A stretch of DNA of 64,000 nt from Chara braunii (lineage: Eukaryota; Plantae; Charophyceae): assembly GCA_003427395.1 (NCBI GenBank), contig BFEA01000031.1:2400737-2464736 (forward strand), in the 5' to 3' direction. Positions 1-21,852 of this stretch are shown piece by piece (within the stretch, counting starts at the first letter, position 1; each line of letters starts with the position of its first letter). The notes under the pieces were generated by a model. The model saw nothing but the letters and a program-made list of their open reading frames with translations, ran no database searches and was not told the DNA's origin. Position numbers and translations under genes: made by a program.

Positions 1-59
1 TTTTTTTTTTTAACCTCGCCAGGCTACTGGGGGGGTGATATCATCCATATGTTAGATTG

Positions 60-680
60 GCTTGAGTAAGCGCGTGATTTGATTGGATTTTAGTTGATTG
101 AATGCGGGATTTGGTTTGATTAAACTCGTGATTTGATGTGATCAAACGCACGACATGACTTGATTAAATGCGCGAGTGGATTTAATTTGATTCAATGCGT
201 GATTGATTTATGTCATTTGATTAAATGCGTGACTTGATTTAGTTTGATTAATTGCGTGATTCGGTTGTTGATTAATTGCGTGATTTGATTGGATTAAATG
301 CGTGATTTGATTTGATTGGGTGATCGTAGTAGTGGAGTTGAGTAATTGAATGTTTCCTATCACACAATATTGATGTAGTTGTTCTTTTGTTTGCTTGATT
401 TATTCACAGAGTGATTGCTGAGTGTGACTCGATTGATGGATTGATCGCGAATTGTTTATCTGATAAATTGATTGGCGGATTGATTTGTTCGATCGATTGA
501 TTTAATCGATCGACTGATTTCATTTAATATGACTGAGTTGATTAATTTGATGGATTGGATTGGATTGGATTTGATCGATTCGATTTGATTGATTTGATCG
601 ATTTGATTGAATGATTTGATTTGATTTGATTGATTTGATTTGATTTAATTTGATTGATTTGATTTTGATTGATTCAATAA
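60..680. repeat. Degenerate (GATT/GATTT)n simple repeat
   Basis: Visible directly in the sequence. Confidence 0.85.
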
Positions 681-1248
681 TGAGTGTGCAGGTCCCTCCG
701 GAAAGGCGATCCTCTGTTTCTCCATCATAGAGAGCTAAGCTGCAAGGCCTCTTGTCTCTCCGTTCCTCCTTCGTGTACCTTCTTTTTTCCACTTGCTTAT
801 CTTTCTCACACCTTTTCTTGGCGCTCCCTCCTGTCACGTTGTTATGGTCTTCTTCTTCTTCTTCTTCTTCTTCTTCTTCAGACCCGATGTTCCTTTTCAC
901 CGCACTGAATTGTGTTACATCGCTCTTTGGCACAGGCTTGATCCCTCCCCTCTCCTCCTCACCGAGAAGTGGTGTTAGGCGGCCTTGCGCTTTTGGGGTT
1001 GTTGCTATTTGGCCCCTTTTCCCTGTCCTCTTGCCTATTGATTTTGCTGCTGCCTACCTTTTTACTCACTTTTCAAGTGCATCCTCTGCTATTTAACTGT
1101 TATTGGAACCTATTTCGCAAAGCGCATCCTCTGCATTTTGACTGGTATTTCACTATGTACGAGATTAAGTTCAGATGCAGTCAAAATGGGAGCTCTTTTT
1201 TTGACACGGGCTTGATTCCTCTCCCTCCTCCTCACCGAGCAGTGTTTT

Positions 1249-1637
1249 AGACACTGCTGTTACCCGATTGGGGTAGGGGAGGAAGATGGGAGGCGCAGCT
1301 TTTGGCAAAATGCTCGCTCTTTGCATTAGCTGGGCCCCCGTCAGCGGTCCCACCCTACTCCCTGACCATCGCCTATTAGGGTTGCGGGGCAGCATGCACC
1401 CGCTGCATTCCTCTTTGTGTCTGCAGCTCGACTGTTCCTTTCTTTCACTTATACATATTAGTGAAAAATGTTCGGTCTTTGCATCAGCTGCCGCCCCCCC
1501 CCCCCCCCCCCCCCCCCTCCTCGTCAGCAGCCCCACCCTACTCCCTGGCCACCCTCTATTAGGGCGGGGGGGCAGCATGTACCCGCATCATTCCTCTTTG
1601 TGTCTGCAGCTCGACCGTTCCATTCTTTCACTTATAC
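1249..1637 (+). mobile_element. Headless SINE body fragments homologous to 54650-54800
   Basis: gacactgctgtta.ccgat..gggaggcgcagct..tggcaaaatgctcg is shared with the 54 kb SINE. Confidence 0.6.
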
Positions 1638-1675
1638 CTGTCTCTTATACACATCTAGATGTGTATAAGAGACAG
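1638..1675. other. Nextera mate-pair junction adapter (assembly contamination)
   Basis: Exact CTGTCTCTTATACACATCT+AGATGTGTATAAGAGACAG. Confidence 0.98.
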
Positions 1676-2040
1676 ACCCTACTCCCTGGCCACCCTCTAT
1701 TAGGGCGGGGGGGCAGCATGTACCCGCATCATTCCTCTTTGTGTCTGCAGCTCGACCGTTCCACCTTTGTTGCCAGGGACGTGTTCATCTTCTGTTTGCA
1801 ACACCCCTACTCCTCTTGTTGTGTATCGTCAACGATATGCGCGACATCGTCACTTGTCAGGGGATCAACAGCCTGTTTCTTTGTCTGCCCCGATTCTCTA
1901 TGTGCCTGCCTCAATTCTCTATGTTGCTGCAGTTCCTTTGTTCCAAACGGCAATATCTGCTCCTATGCCTCCTGTAGACAGTCCAGCTGGCTGCAGGCAG
2001 CCACAGCACCATGTTTTATGCCCTTTAGCGTTAGATATTC

Positions 2041-3035
2041 ATGACTCACCTGTACGACAGGATGTGGTCCCTGCCCAGACAGAGTACACTCCCGATTCCA
2101 GGGACAGTCCCTACTCAGGATGCGGCCCCACACGTTGAGGGATTGGAACATGATCTGCCTGGATTGCAGTCAACCCCACAAGGCGTCGACCACATGGGGG
2201 ATCTGCAAATGGCTGACCATCATCGTTTGGATGAACCACAAATTTGTGCCCCCCCACGTGCAGACCACATGGGTGATCTGCAAATGACTGACCAGCAAGC
2301 AACCCAAGACATTTTGGTATTGCAACACCGACTGGGTGATCTGCAAATTGTTGGCCAGCATCTGGCATACCAGCCTGAGATCCTCACCAATCTCTGTGGT
2401 CTGACTGCAACTAATATCTGTCTTCACATTTTCCACCGCCCGTTTTATACACCATCGGACTTCCTTGCAATCGCTCTTCAGCATGATCCTGATCTCCCCC
2501 GCCTACAGCCAGAGGATTGTAATTATACCAGGGAAAAAGAGGCTTTACCATTGCTGTCCTACGAGTAGCAATGAGCGACCGCCAACTTGAGCTACGCGAT
2601 GCTCGAGCAGGTGAGTGGTTTAATCCGCCATCCGACATCTCTGCCTGCACTGTGCATGGACCTGGCCGTTATATGGCCATTGTACGTACGTCCGACCGCT
2701 GAGAGTTGTGGGACAACGGCATCATGGTCCGTGTCATGACTGATGTTACCGATTTCTTACATAATTATGCTGTTTTCTTGCCACACAAAACTGTCCGCAA
2801 TCTTTTTTATGTTGAAGATCATCCCTCTGGCCCCGTGCTGCAGCAGGACAATGCACCAACGCTCTGTGACCTTCTCCTTTGCACTGCTACAGACACTGTT
2901 ACACTCGGCTGTGGCCGTCATCGTCTCTGTCACGATCACTACAGTGACATGGTTTCTGCATCTATGTGTGTAGACTGTCCCCCCGTTCCTGACTGCAGGC
3001 ACCCTCCACATCCGGACACTATATGTCCATTTTGA
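2041..3035 (+). pseudogene. TE-derived relic encoding a Josephin-like cysteine protease followed by a RING-like finger (probable 3' part of a related Penelope-like element)
   Basis: Q..LCGLTATNICL..FYTPSDFLAIA, then after a frameshift GFTIAVLRVAM..PGRYMAI..LWDNG, then C..C..CGRH.LC..H..C..C..CPF. Homologous to 29320-29545. Confidence 0.6.
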
Positions 3036-3616
3036 GGCCATGGGAGCTGTACTGAATGGATGGTCTTTTGTGGTGAGCGTTCTTCCTTCATTTTGGCCTG
3101 CAATGAACATGCCATTTGTCGGGGGAGTGTATGGTGGGCATGCTCAATGCCAGCCGTCGTGGCAATTGTTGTGCTGAGAATGCTCAGCTAGGTCTTCGAT
3201 GTGCCCATCCACTTCATCCTTACAATGTGTCCTCTCTGTCGTCAAGGACACTCATTCTGGAGCCTTTTCTTATCCTTACTTTCCCTTTTTCGTTCTTCAT
3301 TCCTCTTCATCTCTCTTCCTTGTGTTTATCACTCACAGCGTACAAGTGGGCCGTTATGGCACACGGGGATGCGGGCAGCTTGCATAAATTTATCAACGTG
3401 GCAAGCCTTGTACGTGAGAGGCATGGTGAAGGGGGAGTTAAAAAGAAGAACGAGAATAATTAATAGTTTGTGTGCCCCTCATCTTTTTTTTTTTTTTTTT
3501 TTTTTTTTCAATCTTTACAGTTTGTTTCGCAAAGTGCGCTCTTTTAGTTCTTAGTTATGTGACAATATATTGGTGAACCTGTTTTTCCTGTTACTTTCTT
3601 CTCGTGGTGGCCACAG

Positions 3617-11885
<8,269 letters not shown>

Positions 11886-14800
11886 GGTGTTTGCGGCATA
11901 CAGAATACAACAAAGCTTCTTTTATTCCGGGTTTCCCGACCAGCTCACGAAGAAAGATTGAAAGACTGAAGTGTGTTTACCTGCCTGGGTTGCTGCCTGG
12001 ACTCTCCTCAAGTATGATCTTGAAAGTGCCGTATGGTCATGGCCATATGTGGCCAATTGCTTGGGCAGCTCGTGTCACGCTTTTGAAGACGATACACGCT
12101 AGAGGAGTGGAGGGTAAGGAGGAAAGACCAATAGCGGGCGATTGGTGTTTTGCAAGCCATGGCTTTGTGGTCTTTTCCTTTTCAATACTACTTTGTTGTG
12201 GCTCGTGATTTGGGTGTTTTTTTTTTTTTTTCCCTAATGCTCAAGGAGCTTAGGAAGGAGATGCGAAGTGGGCAGTGGATTGCAGTAGAAATCGGGGGTC
12301 TCGTGGGTGAAGAATCTGAAGATGAAGGCAAAGCTGATCAGAGGGGTAGGAGTCGCACGCGACAATGAACAGGGCATCAAGGGCAACAAATTGAGGTGGC
12401 TAGGCTTACTCACTGTACAAAATCTGCATTTGTATATGGTATGATCGACTCCTGTTTTTTTTTTTTTTTTTTTTTTTTTTCCTGGTTAATGTATCTGTAT
12501 TCATAGGGAGAAGTATCAGAGAGTCATTAATCTGGGAGTTGAAGGTGTTGGAGTAGGCGATAAAAGCGAAGGAAGGTGTGGAAGCCAGATTTCTAGGCTG
12601 GGCTTCAATCGTTACCTGTGGAAGTGATTTTGTTGGGGATGTTATTCTTGCAATGGCTTGACATTATTATGTGCGGTGTTTGTTAGTAGCAGCACACGGG
12701 AGGAAGTGCAGTTCAGAAGTCTGTGGAGCACACATGCAGGTGGGCATGCGAGTTACGCAACGCGCAGCAGGCAGGACGGTACGTTGAAGGTATTCGATTG
12801 TTCAGTTGGCGTTGGGCTGCAAGATGTTTCTTGTATTGTTCATTTAGCAGTGGGGTGCAAGATATGTCTTGTATTGTTCATTCAAACACAGCAGCAGGCA
12901 GAATGGTAGGCTGAAGGTATTTGATTGTTCAGTTGGTGGTGGGCTGCGACATGTTTCTTGTATCTGTTCATTATTTCATAAGGGTCCTACATCATGCTTG
13001 GTATTGCGCAAGAAAGGGAGAGGAAATGGAGAGCACAGGAGTGTGGTGAAGGGTGGACGTGGTTATAAACTGTGCTGCCGAAGCATCTGAAGCACATTTT
13101 GTCGGATTATAAAAGAAGTAAAGAAGGGGTGCTCTCATGAATGGCGGAAGAACGATGCAAAAAGCATTCCTTCGATTGTTTACCTCTCATAGCATTACGG
13201 AACTTGGAAGCTGTGGACTTCTCAACCTATGGATCAACAGTTGGTGGTCTGGGGAGAGAGAGAAGGGGGGGGGGGGGGGGGGGGGNNNNNNNNNNNNNNN
13301 NNNNNNNNNNNNNNNNNNNNNNNNNNNNNNNNNNNNNNNNNNNNNNNNNNNNNNNNNNNNNNNNNNNNNNNNNNNNNNNNNNNNNNNNNNNNNNNNNNNN
13401 NNNNNNNNNNNNNNNNNNNNNNNNNNNNNNNNNNNNNNNNNNNNNNNNNNNNNNNNNNNNNNNNNNNNNNNNNNNNNNNNNNNNNNNNNNNNNNNNNNNN
13501 NNNNNNNNNNNNNNNNNNNNNNNNNNNNNNNNNNNNNNNNNNNNNNNNNNNNNNNNNNNNNNNNNNNNNNNNNNNNNNNNNNNNNNNNNNNNNNNNNNNN
13601 NNNNNNNNNNNNNNNNNNNNNNNNNNNNNNNNNNNNNNNNNNNNNNNNNNNNNNNNNNNNNNNNNNNNNNNNNNNNNNNNNNNNNNNNNNNNNNNNNNNN
13701 NNNNNNNNNNNNNNNNNNNNNNNNNNNNNNNNNNNNNNNNNNNNNNNNNNNNNNNNNNNNNNNNNNNNNNNNNNNNNNNNNNNNNNNNNNNNNNNNNNNN
13801 NNNNNNNNNNNNNNNNNNNNNNNNNNNNNNNNNNNNNNNNNNNNNNNNNNNNNNNNNNNNNNNNNNNNNNNNNNNNNNNNNNNNNNNNNNNNNNNNNNNN
13901 NNNNNNNNNNNNNNNNNNNNNNNNNNNNNNNNNNNAAGTGTCCTGGCTTGGTAGCTTCTGCGGGGAGCTATGTCTCCATTGGGTTATGCGCAATTTGGTC
14001 GGTTTTGTGTGCTCTCTGTGATTCCCTCTGAGCAGCTAAGTGTCCTGGCTTGGTAGCTTCTGCGGGGAGCTATGTCTCCATTGGGTTATGCGCAATTTGG
14101 TTGCTCCTCTCTTCCCTTTGCGAGAGGCCACGTGCCTTTTTGCATCCACCTATCCTTCTTGCGGATATCCCTTTTTGCATCCACAGAGCTCCCTCACGTT
14201 GCTCTTCTCTTCCCTTCTGGTCCAGGGAGCTCTGTGTTTATATTGGGTTATGTTCAACGGGAAGGGATGTTTCCAGTGGGGGGGTCTGAGCAACGTGACT
14301 GCTCTTTTCTTCCCCTCCAACAGGAAAGCGTCTTTCTGACGTGCGCCCGTGTGTGTCCACTCTCGTGGTGTTTAGTAACCCTAGGACTTTGAAGGGTTAT
14401 AGCCTTAAGGACTTTGAAGGGTTATAGCCTTAAGGACTTTGAAGGGTTATAGCCGAAGGTGTTGTCACAGATTATCAGCCCAGAAAGAATGTACTTGTGT
14501 TTGCTGTGGTGGCAGCTGGAGGGAATATTACCACCTCACAATGATAGAATCCTGGGCCCCCGTCCTCCACCTCCCCCTCCGCCCCCCCTTTCATTGTTTC
14601 ATTATTTGCGAGAAAGAAAAATGTTGTGGCTTCTTGTTTTGAAGGGAGGGAGAATTCTGCTCTTTGATGGACACTTGACACTCTATGAGAAGAGCTGTCG
14701 TCAGCATCTGGTGTGTGCCGAGAGGCAGCCGCACCAGGTGCCACCGGGCAGTCGTATTTGGGATTCAAGGGGGTTTTCTATGGAGGAGCAGGATCTCGAC

Positions 14801-15709
14801 TGGCGTTCGCCATTCTTGCTCACTTCTCGCTTGAAGTACCAGCTTTGTCCTCTCTTCGAGGACCTAACCAAATAGAAGGCGAGGATGCGTTGGTGGGTAC
14901 TGATTGGATTTTTTGAGCTCTCTAAGCTTGAAGTACCAGCTTTGTCCTCTCTAAGCTTGGCAGGACTCGTGTCAGGCTCTCTGCTGTATGTCAAACCCAA
15001 GGACAAGCGATTTCGGAGCATCATTGGGTAATTGCCAGTTGGCTGTTCTTCCTCTTGTTTTTCTCTTTAGAAAGCGATGGGTGTTGGGGAAAGACCTGAA
15101 TATACAGCGGTGAGAAAAAAGGACGACGAGGCAACGGGTTTGAGTCTTCACTGAAAGGTGCTGCTGACAAGGAAGTTTTATTGACGGTACCGTGGGATAT
15201 ATGCGGAGGGCTGAAAGTGGATTGACGAAGGCTTTCCCCGGGAAGAGAAATATGTTAGCCATGCGTCTGACTCAGGAGGGGGGGAGAGGGGGAGGAGAGG
15301 GTGGGCGTTTGTCATGATGGGTGTAAGGAAAAAAGGTTTCTTTGTTTAGGGGTTTTGACATTTTTTGTTGCCTTTGGATAACTGTATTGTTTCCAGTGTT
15401 CATATTCTTGGAAGTTTTGTCTTTCTCTCAAAACTCTTGAACTTCTAGAATATGTGAGTTTCAGCACGGACTTGGTGAGCATTATCAGCATCGGCAGTGG
15501 ATGCCTGCACGATCAGGCAGGTCTCTTGCCACTGCAGAGAATCGGCCAGTGTAAGCGAGACAAAGGGAGGGAATGAAAGGGAAGAAGATATGCGGTGCCC
15601 GAAACGATTCCACCGTTTGCATGGGGGGATAAACGGCGTCAGTCAATTGCTGGTATCTATCTGGACAAGCGATTTGGGGGTCGGTAAGGTCAGGGCTCGC
15701 CGGACATAT

Positions 15710-15751
<42 letters not shown>

Positions 15752-18700
15752 GTGTGTCTTCTCCGCCAAATGGAAGTCCATGAAGAAACTCATCATTCAT
15801 CACAGTTCTTTCTGTGTTCACGAATTTAAAACACCAGTGCCTTTATCACTTCGGAAAATAACGGCCCTCCGATCTTTCAGGTGGCCGAAGCGAAACGACG
15901 GTCATCATTAGATTTATCAATGGCAGCCGTCATCTGGCCCGGCCTCCGAATCCTTTTGGAATGGGCGTTTTCCCTCCTCTCTGAAGCGGCAAAGGTACTA
16001 GTGGTTAAAGGAGAGAAAAAATAGAAATTGCAGACGATGAGGCCTAGGCATGCCTACACTTCCCATGTGTTCCTGCCTATTCATGTTTGCTCAGCTGACT
16101 ATGTTTAAGGCATGGTAGTGTCTCTCGTAGTCCTGCCCTGCTTTTCTCTCATACCCCTGCTGTTGTCTTGATGGGTTTCATAAGAATCATAACCCCGTCC
16201 AGTGTACTTTGCTCAGCTACCTCCACCGCTCTCCGCCAACTTCCTTTGTTGCCACTACATAACATTCGAAACGCATTTGGAGTCCTTTGACTCTGCAAAT
16301 GATCCAGAGTCCAGACACATTACAACCAGCGGAACGGAACATTTTGAGTTAGAGTGTATCAGGAGCGTGTCGAAGGTCCGGATAAGGTTCAAGTGTTTTT
16401 TAGTGGAGTGGAGGTCCCAATACGATATGTAAGCCGCAGAGCGTTGTATACTATCGCAGACAAAAGCTGCCCTTCCCATATCGACTACTACCCAATCAGC
16501 TATCCATCCCGTCACTTATCGCCAACATGCAACCCACCCTGAACCAGATAATGAAATAAATGATAGACGAGGCAAGAGGGGAAAACAGAGAAAAACCGTG
16601 GTTTGGGAGGGGTACAGGAAGCTAGTGTTTACTGAAGTCAAGAGTAATCAAAACGTGTCCCACCGTTTGTTTGTCTATTGTCCGACGTTGTGGATGAGCC
16701 TCCCAGGAGGTGCTAGGGGTGCCTGCTCATATCAGCACTCCTAGCATCCGCCCAGGTTGTGTTAAAACTTAAAAGAAAAAAAAAGAAAAAAAAGAAAGAC
16801 ATTTGTTTGTCTATTGTTTGACAGTTTGTTTGTCTATTGCCGACATCACCTCCCCCGAAGTGGAACTAACAGTTGAGGATGTCTATTGTCCGCCGTTGTG
16901 GATATTTGAGGCGACAAATAGAAAGTTTATGACTCTGAACGGTGGTAAAGAAGAAGGTAGCTTTCCTCGGTATGTGGCACTCGGGAGAGCGTTGAGGTTA
17001 TGGGTGGAAGAGGAGTTAAACCCTCTTCTATTATTTTGTTTTTATCTTCCCATTTTTGCTCTTGTCATTCCTCCTGCTCTCTCAAAAAAATAAGCATTTA
17101 GGAAGGGAGATGCAAGTTTGGCTGTTTTGTGAAAATCCAAGGCAAGAAATGGGCTTCATGATAGTCGGTCATACACACACAACTTTTTTTTTTTTTTTTT
17201 TTTTTTGAGCTACAGGGGCCATTACCCGGCTTCGGCTAAGAACAATCGAAGAAAAAGGAAAACTCAGAAACATTCAGAAGATGTGTGTCAACAAGCCTCC
17301 CAACCACGAATCAGATAGGTGAAACCTTGTCAATCCACCTTCGAATCCCACTTGCAGCGTTTTTTTCCGAAGAAGTTAAAGACAATGATTGCGTATACCA
17401 TGGATGAATTTTCCGCATTGTTAGGACAGTCTCACAAGAACCCTCTCAAAGTATATCTTTTTTTATGAAATTCTGTGAACTGGAAAAGTTTGGTGTCTCC
17501 ATATCTTTCACAGGATATAATCGGTATTTCTAAGCAACATTTGCCCAAATTTTATATGCTGGGTAATAGTTATATCGTATAAAGAGTTTTGCGCGGAGCC
17601 GGAATGGTTTCCCAAAGACGGCCCACTTCACTAGTTTGAAAAAGATGATATTGGCAAGTATACCGCCCCGGTGCTGACATTCGAACATCTTCCTGTTCAA
17701 CCAACTATTCTAGATTATTATAAATTATAATAATTATTAATGTATTAGTTTATTACAATAACGGATGTGCAGGCGGGGACCGTTTTTTCTTAGACCTATT
17801 TAAAGAAAAATAGGTTGAACTCCATACCATGGAGCTGATAGGATTTTTTATTTATTTTTATTTTTTTCTGAAACTCCCCCACCAGTGTTAGTGCTGCTGG
17901 TAAGAGCAGACATGGAGCTGATAGGAGTACTTAACGAGATATAGAGTTAGCTTGTATAGAAAGTGCAAGTTCTCGCTGGAAGGGGGTGAAAAAGAACATG
18001 GAGCGGAGATGCTCACAAAAGGAGTGCCCTCCATACCAATGAGTCGATGTCGTGCTTCTGACTATCTGCCGTGAAGCGGTGCGAGGAAGGAAAGTCGCGC
18101 TTTGATTCTGAACAATCGAAAGAAAGCGATCCCTTGTTTGGTAGACATAAAAAGAAATTGTCCAAGGACAAGTTTTGGCATAGTCTGGCAGGTTGAGAAA
18201 GGAAATTTTGTTATTTTGCAGCCATCGGATGAGGACTTGTGCAAGGTGTTGTGCCATTTTGGGTTGGGCAAGCGGTTAATCCGGTTATCTAGGAAAAAAC
18301 GACTCGCAGGAGTATAATTTCTAACCATTTGCTAAGCAAATAGTGGATTCCTACGGGCAAAATCACAGACATCGATTAGGGAACTAGTGATAACGTCTGA
18401 AATAGAAAATATAGAAAAAACTTGCTGGATGACAAAGAGCAATGACAACATGCAGACGCAGTGACATTGGCATGGAAAAGAGTGTCGAGAGGAAGAGCTT
18501 CCACAAAGACGTTTCCTTTTGGCGGCGCGAGTGGGAGTTCATGCACTGGCTGCTATGGTTAGGGAAGAGGGTGCTCATGTGGCTGATGGTGCTATAGGAA
18601 AAACCGTTCGGAGAGGGCCAAACGTAGTGTTTCTTAGACCCCAGGATAACCTAAAAAAGTCAAAATTTTTATTTGTTTGGTTCAAGCTATATATCGTCAC

Positions 18701-18852
18701 AAATAGAACTGCCTACGGTAAACCGTAGGCAGAGAGGGAGAAGGAGAAGAGGACAACAAACGAGGGGCTGTGACAAACTGTTNNNNNNNNNNNNNNNNNN
18801 NNNNNNNNNNNNNNNNNNNNNNNNNNNNNNNNNNNNNNNNNNNNNNNNNNNN

Positions 18853-18920
<68 letters not shown>

Positions 18921-19298
18921 AACTTAAAACTTGGATCTATCACTTCAGTAACCCCATTAAAACTTGTATCCTGTGTAGCATCGTGTTCGGGTTGAACGTT
19001 CGGGACCGAACATGTTCGGACGTTCGGAAAAGCTCTGAACATGTTCGGTGTGCTACACAGCTTGTATCATTTGCAGCGTACAAGAACACACTTAATGGTG
19101 TTTCATCTTTTGAATGTGCTGATCAATGAATTTCAAGTTCCTCAACGGCTGGCGGCATCACAAAGGGAGGAGCATTTCCATTCCAATACGAGAACATCTT
19201 CAGATGTGAAGCGGGAAAACGGAGGTTGTTTGTCATCGTCGTGCAGTTTACAGACCTGGAAATTTTCAATGTTCGAATATATGAATGTCGGGTAATAA

Positions 19299-19480
19299 GG
19301 GACGCTCAACCCGCTTCTCAGCAGGTGCTGCTCCCCAGCAATAGATGGAGCCACCCCGGGATAGCTTGAGGCGACTGCTCCTACCAGCATCTCAAGCTGT
19401 CCCATGGGGCTGATTACCAGCATCTCAAGCTGTCCCATGGGGCTGATTCCCCCCCGCCCCCTCCCACACCAAGAAAAAAA
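19299..19480 (+). mobile_element. Short 3' tail of the same L1-like family
   Basis: gggacgctcaaccc..gcaggtg.tgctcccca.caatagatggagcc, followed by an A-run. Confidence 0.6.
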
Positions 19481-20015
19481 CGAGACTCGAGATTTTTCAG
19501 AATTATGTCTTTTCGAGTTATTAGAGCGATAGAGGTTGTTCTGGTCACAAAATGTGGCACACTCGATGCTGGGAGATGCCTTGAGGCTTGAAGGTTATTA
19601 TATGTCTCTCATCATGGAGTTTGAAAGTCTGCCTCAACCTCCACTTCCGAGTTGCATCTTAGATGGTTCAACATGAGAACGTTACTGAATGTTTTGTTTT
19701 GCAAAGAGACTTCTTATGATCATTTTGAGAAATTTTCAATTATTTTTGACCTTTTAATACTCTCAGACTCTCAGTAAAGAGAGTCTCATAATTTTCTTTA
19801 CTTTTGTGTTAGAATGTCACATTGTTTTTTTATAATTCGAAGCATCTGACTTTGTAATGGTGGTTAGTTTACGATTTTTTTTATTATTTATTTATTTATT
19901 TTATTTTTTTTGAGAGAAAACAACCCGAGTAAATGGTAGGGGTCATCTTTAATATTTACTCGTGATTGTTGTTGGCCTTGTGCAGGTTTTGTGATATGGT
20001 GCACATTCGTGAAGT

Positions 20016-20050
<35 letters not shown>

Positions 20051-20791
20051 ACAAACCAGTCGCGAACGTAAAGTTAAAACTGAAGCGGGTTCTTTCCATG
20101 ATTTTTAATTCCTGGTCGGCTGTAGCCTTGCAACAGAGTTGTGCTGCTTCTCAAAAGTGGTGGGGTAGTAGAGTATATGTGACCTAGGGGCCTTCAGCCA
20201 ATAGGGTGCCGCCACAATCCAGATTCTCGGTTGTAACGTCTCTCTACCCATGTGCCCGCTCCTCTCCGTGAAACGCCGATTCCTTTTGCCCAAGGGACCT
20301 CATGCTTGCCGAAGGGACCTCATGAGGTCCCTTGGGCAAAAGGAAGAAATGGCTGGGGAATCCTCAGAGCCCAAGGAATTTCCTTCGGAGTGTTTTCACT
20401 TTTTTTTGTCCGACTGCATCCCAGAGGATAGGTGGAACGAACGATTCCTCGGGGACTTTACGTGCCCGAGGAGTGTCGAACGAGCTCCCTACAACCCCTG
20501 ACCATGTGACCTACTACCCCTGACTTGCCCGTTTTTGCCAGATTCATGTCAGCGACTATGAGTTAGAGAGAGTTAAGCACTTGTAGCATAGGGAGAGGTG
20601 GGCATACTAATTTCGCCCACAGCTGTATCTTATGAGGCAGGGACCGGGCTAAGCTTGGGGTTTAGTGATCGAGGTCTGTTGGCCCCTGATCATGTCAAAC
20701 ACGTTATACTTCGATTGATAAATACCCTTCGACACTGGGACCACTTAAAAAAAAGACCACTTAAAAAAAAGATAATAAAAAGGTTTCCAAT

Positions 20792-21852
20792 CTAGGCTCA
20801 GCTCACCTTGTTCGGCCACACGTGCAAGGACCAGGGAAGGTCCTAGGCTCCTAGCTAAAAAAAAAAAAAAAAAATCTGAAAAAAAAAGTTACGCAGAAAC
20901 ATAAATTGAACATTGAACAACTTTCGGTTCAGGGTCGCATCGAAATTCGTTACCAAATTTAAAATAAAAAATGAAAATAAAATTATGAAATACAATTGAA
21001 ATTCGCCGCAAGATGCTCTTATTACCCAGGCTTCATTTCCGTGTGCCCCCGGCAAGCACAGATCCTTCCACTGTCACATGGCCGTGCGGGTCTCTCATAC
21101 GGGCCCCGTGCGGTCCCAGCGCGATTTGCATGGGGGGCAATTTCGGGTCCGCCATATCGTACCTCTATCCCACCGTCTGCTACCTGCCTCCCGCCACCTC
21201 CCACTTCCCTTCCCGCCATTTACCACACCCATCCTGCCATCTCCCACCTACTTCCCTCTACCTCCGACTTCCCCTCCCACCATCTCCCACGTCCCTCCCT
21301 CCATCCTCCGCCTCCCTCCATCCTCCGCCTCCCTCCCCCCACTTTCGTCCTCTTCCACCATCTTCTTCCTCGCTCCTGCCATCCTCTGCCACCCGCCCAC
21401 CATCTCCTACATCTTCTCCCGGCGTCCTCCACCTCCTTCCAGCCACCTCCTACCTCTCCTCCCGCCGTCTCCCGCTACCTCCCACTTCCCCTCCCGCCAC
21501 CTTCCACTTCCCCTCCCGCCATCTCCCACGTCCTTCCCACCATCCTCCGCCTCCCTCCCACCACTTTGGTCTTCTTCCTCCCTCCTGCCATCTTCTTCCT
21601 CCCTCCCACCATCTCTTACCTCTTCTCCCTCCGTCCTCCGCCTCCTTCCTTCCACTGACAACCTCCAAGTAGCAGTGTGGCAAACATGTGTGGAGAAGGC
21701 AGATTCGAGCACTTTTCGGCATGCGCAGCAGCCCCCCATCAGCACCTTTTTTTCTTTATTTTTTTAACTACCTCGCACGGGTGACCGGTGCAGCCGGCGG
21801 ACCGTCCAGGCTGCACGGGTGCACATCCGTGCAAACGGCTCAGGAAGCCTAG
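20792..21852. mobile_element. Non-autonomous hAT-like element with a pyrimidine-rich body
   Basis: ctaggct...agcctag termini; subterminal gcaaggaccagggaaggtcc also at about 41342. Confidence 0.45.

Noticed and set aside
13137-14031. Long ORFs spanning N runs (also 33737-34233 and 36778-37686)
   Set aside because: They are open only because of assembly gaps and microsatellites.
14650-15700. Possible decayed LINE ORF2 on -
   Set aside because: Only a vague resemblance; no diagnostic motif could be confirmed by eye.
20996-21767. Overlapping Pro/Ser-rich ORFs (also 49180-50033 and 53311-53766)
   Set aside because: Low-complexity pyrimidine tracts lack stops by composition; no domain signal.
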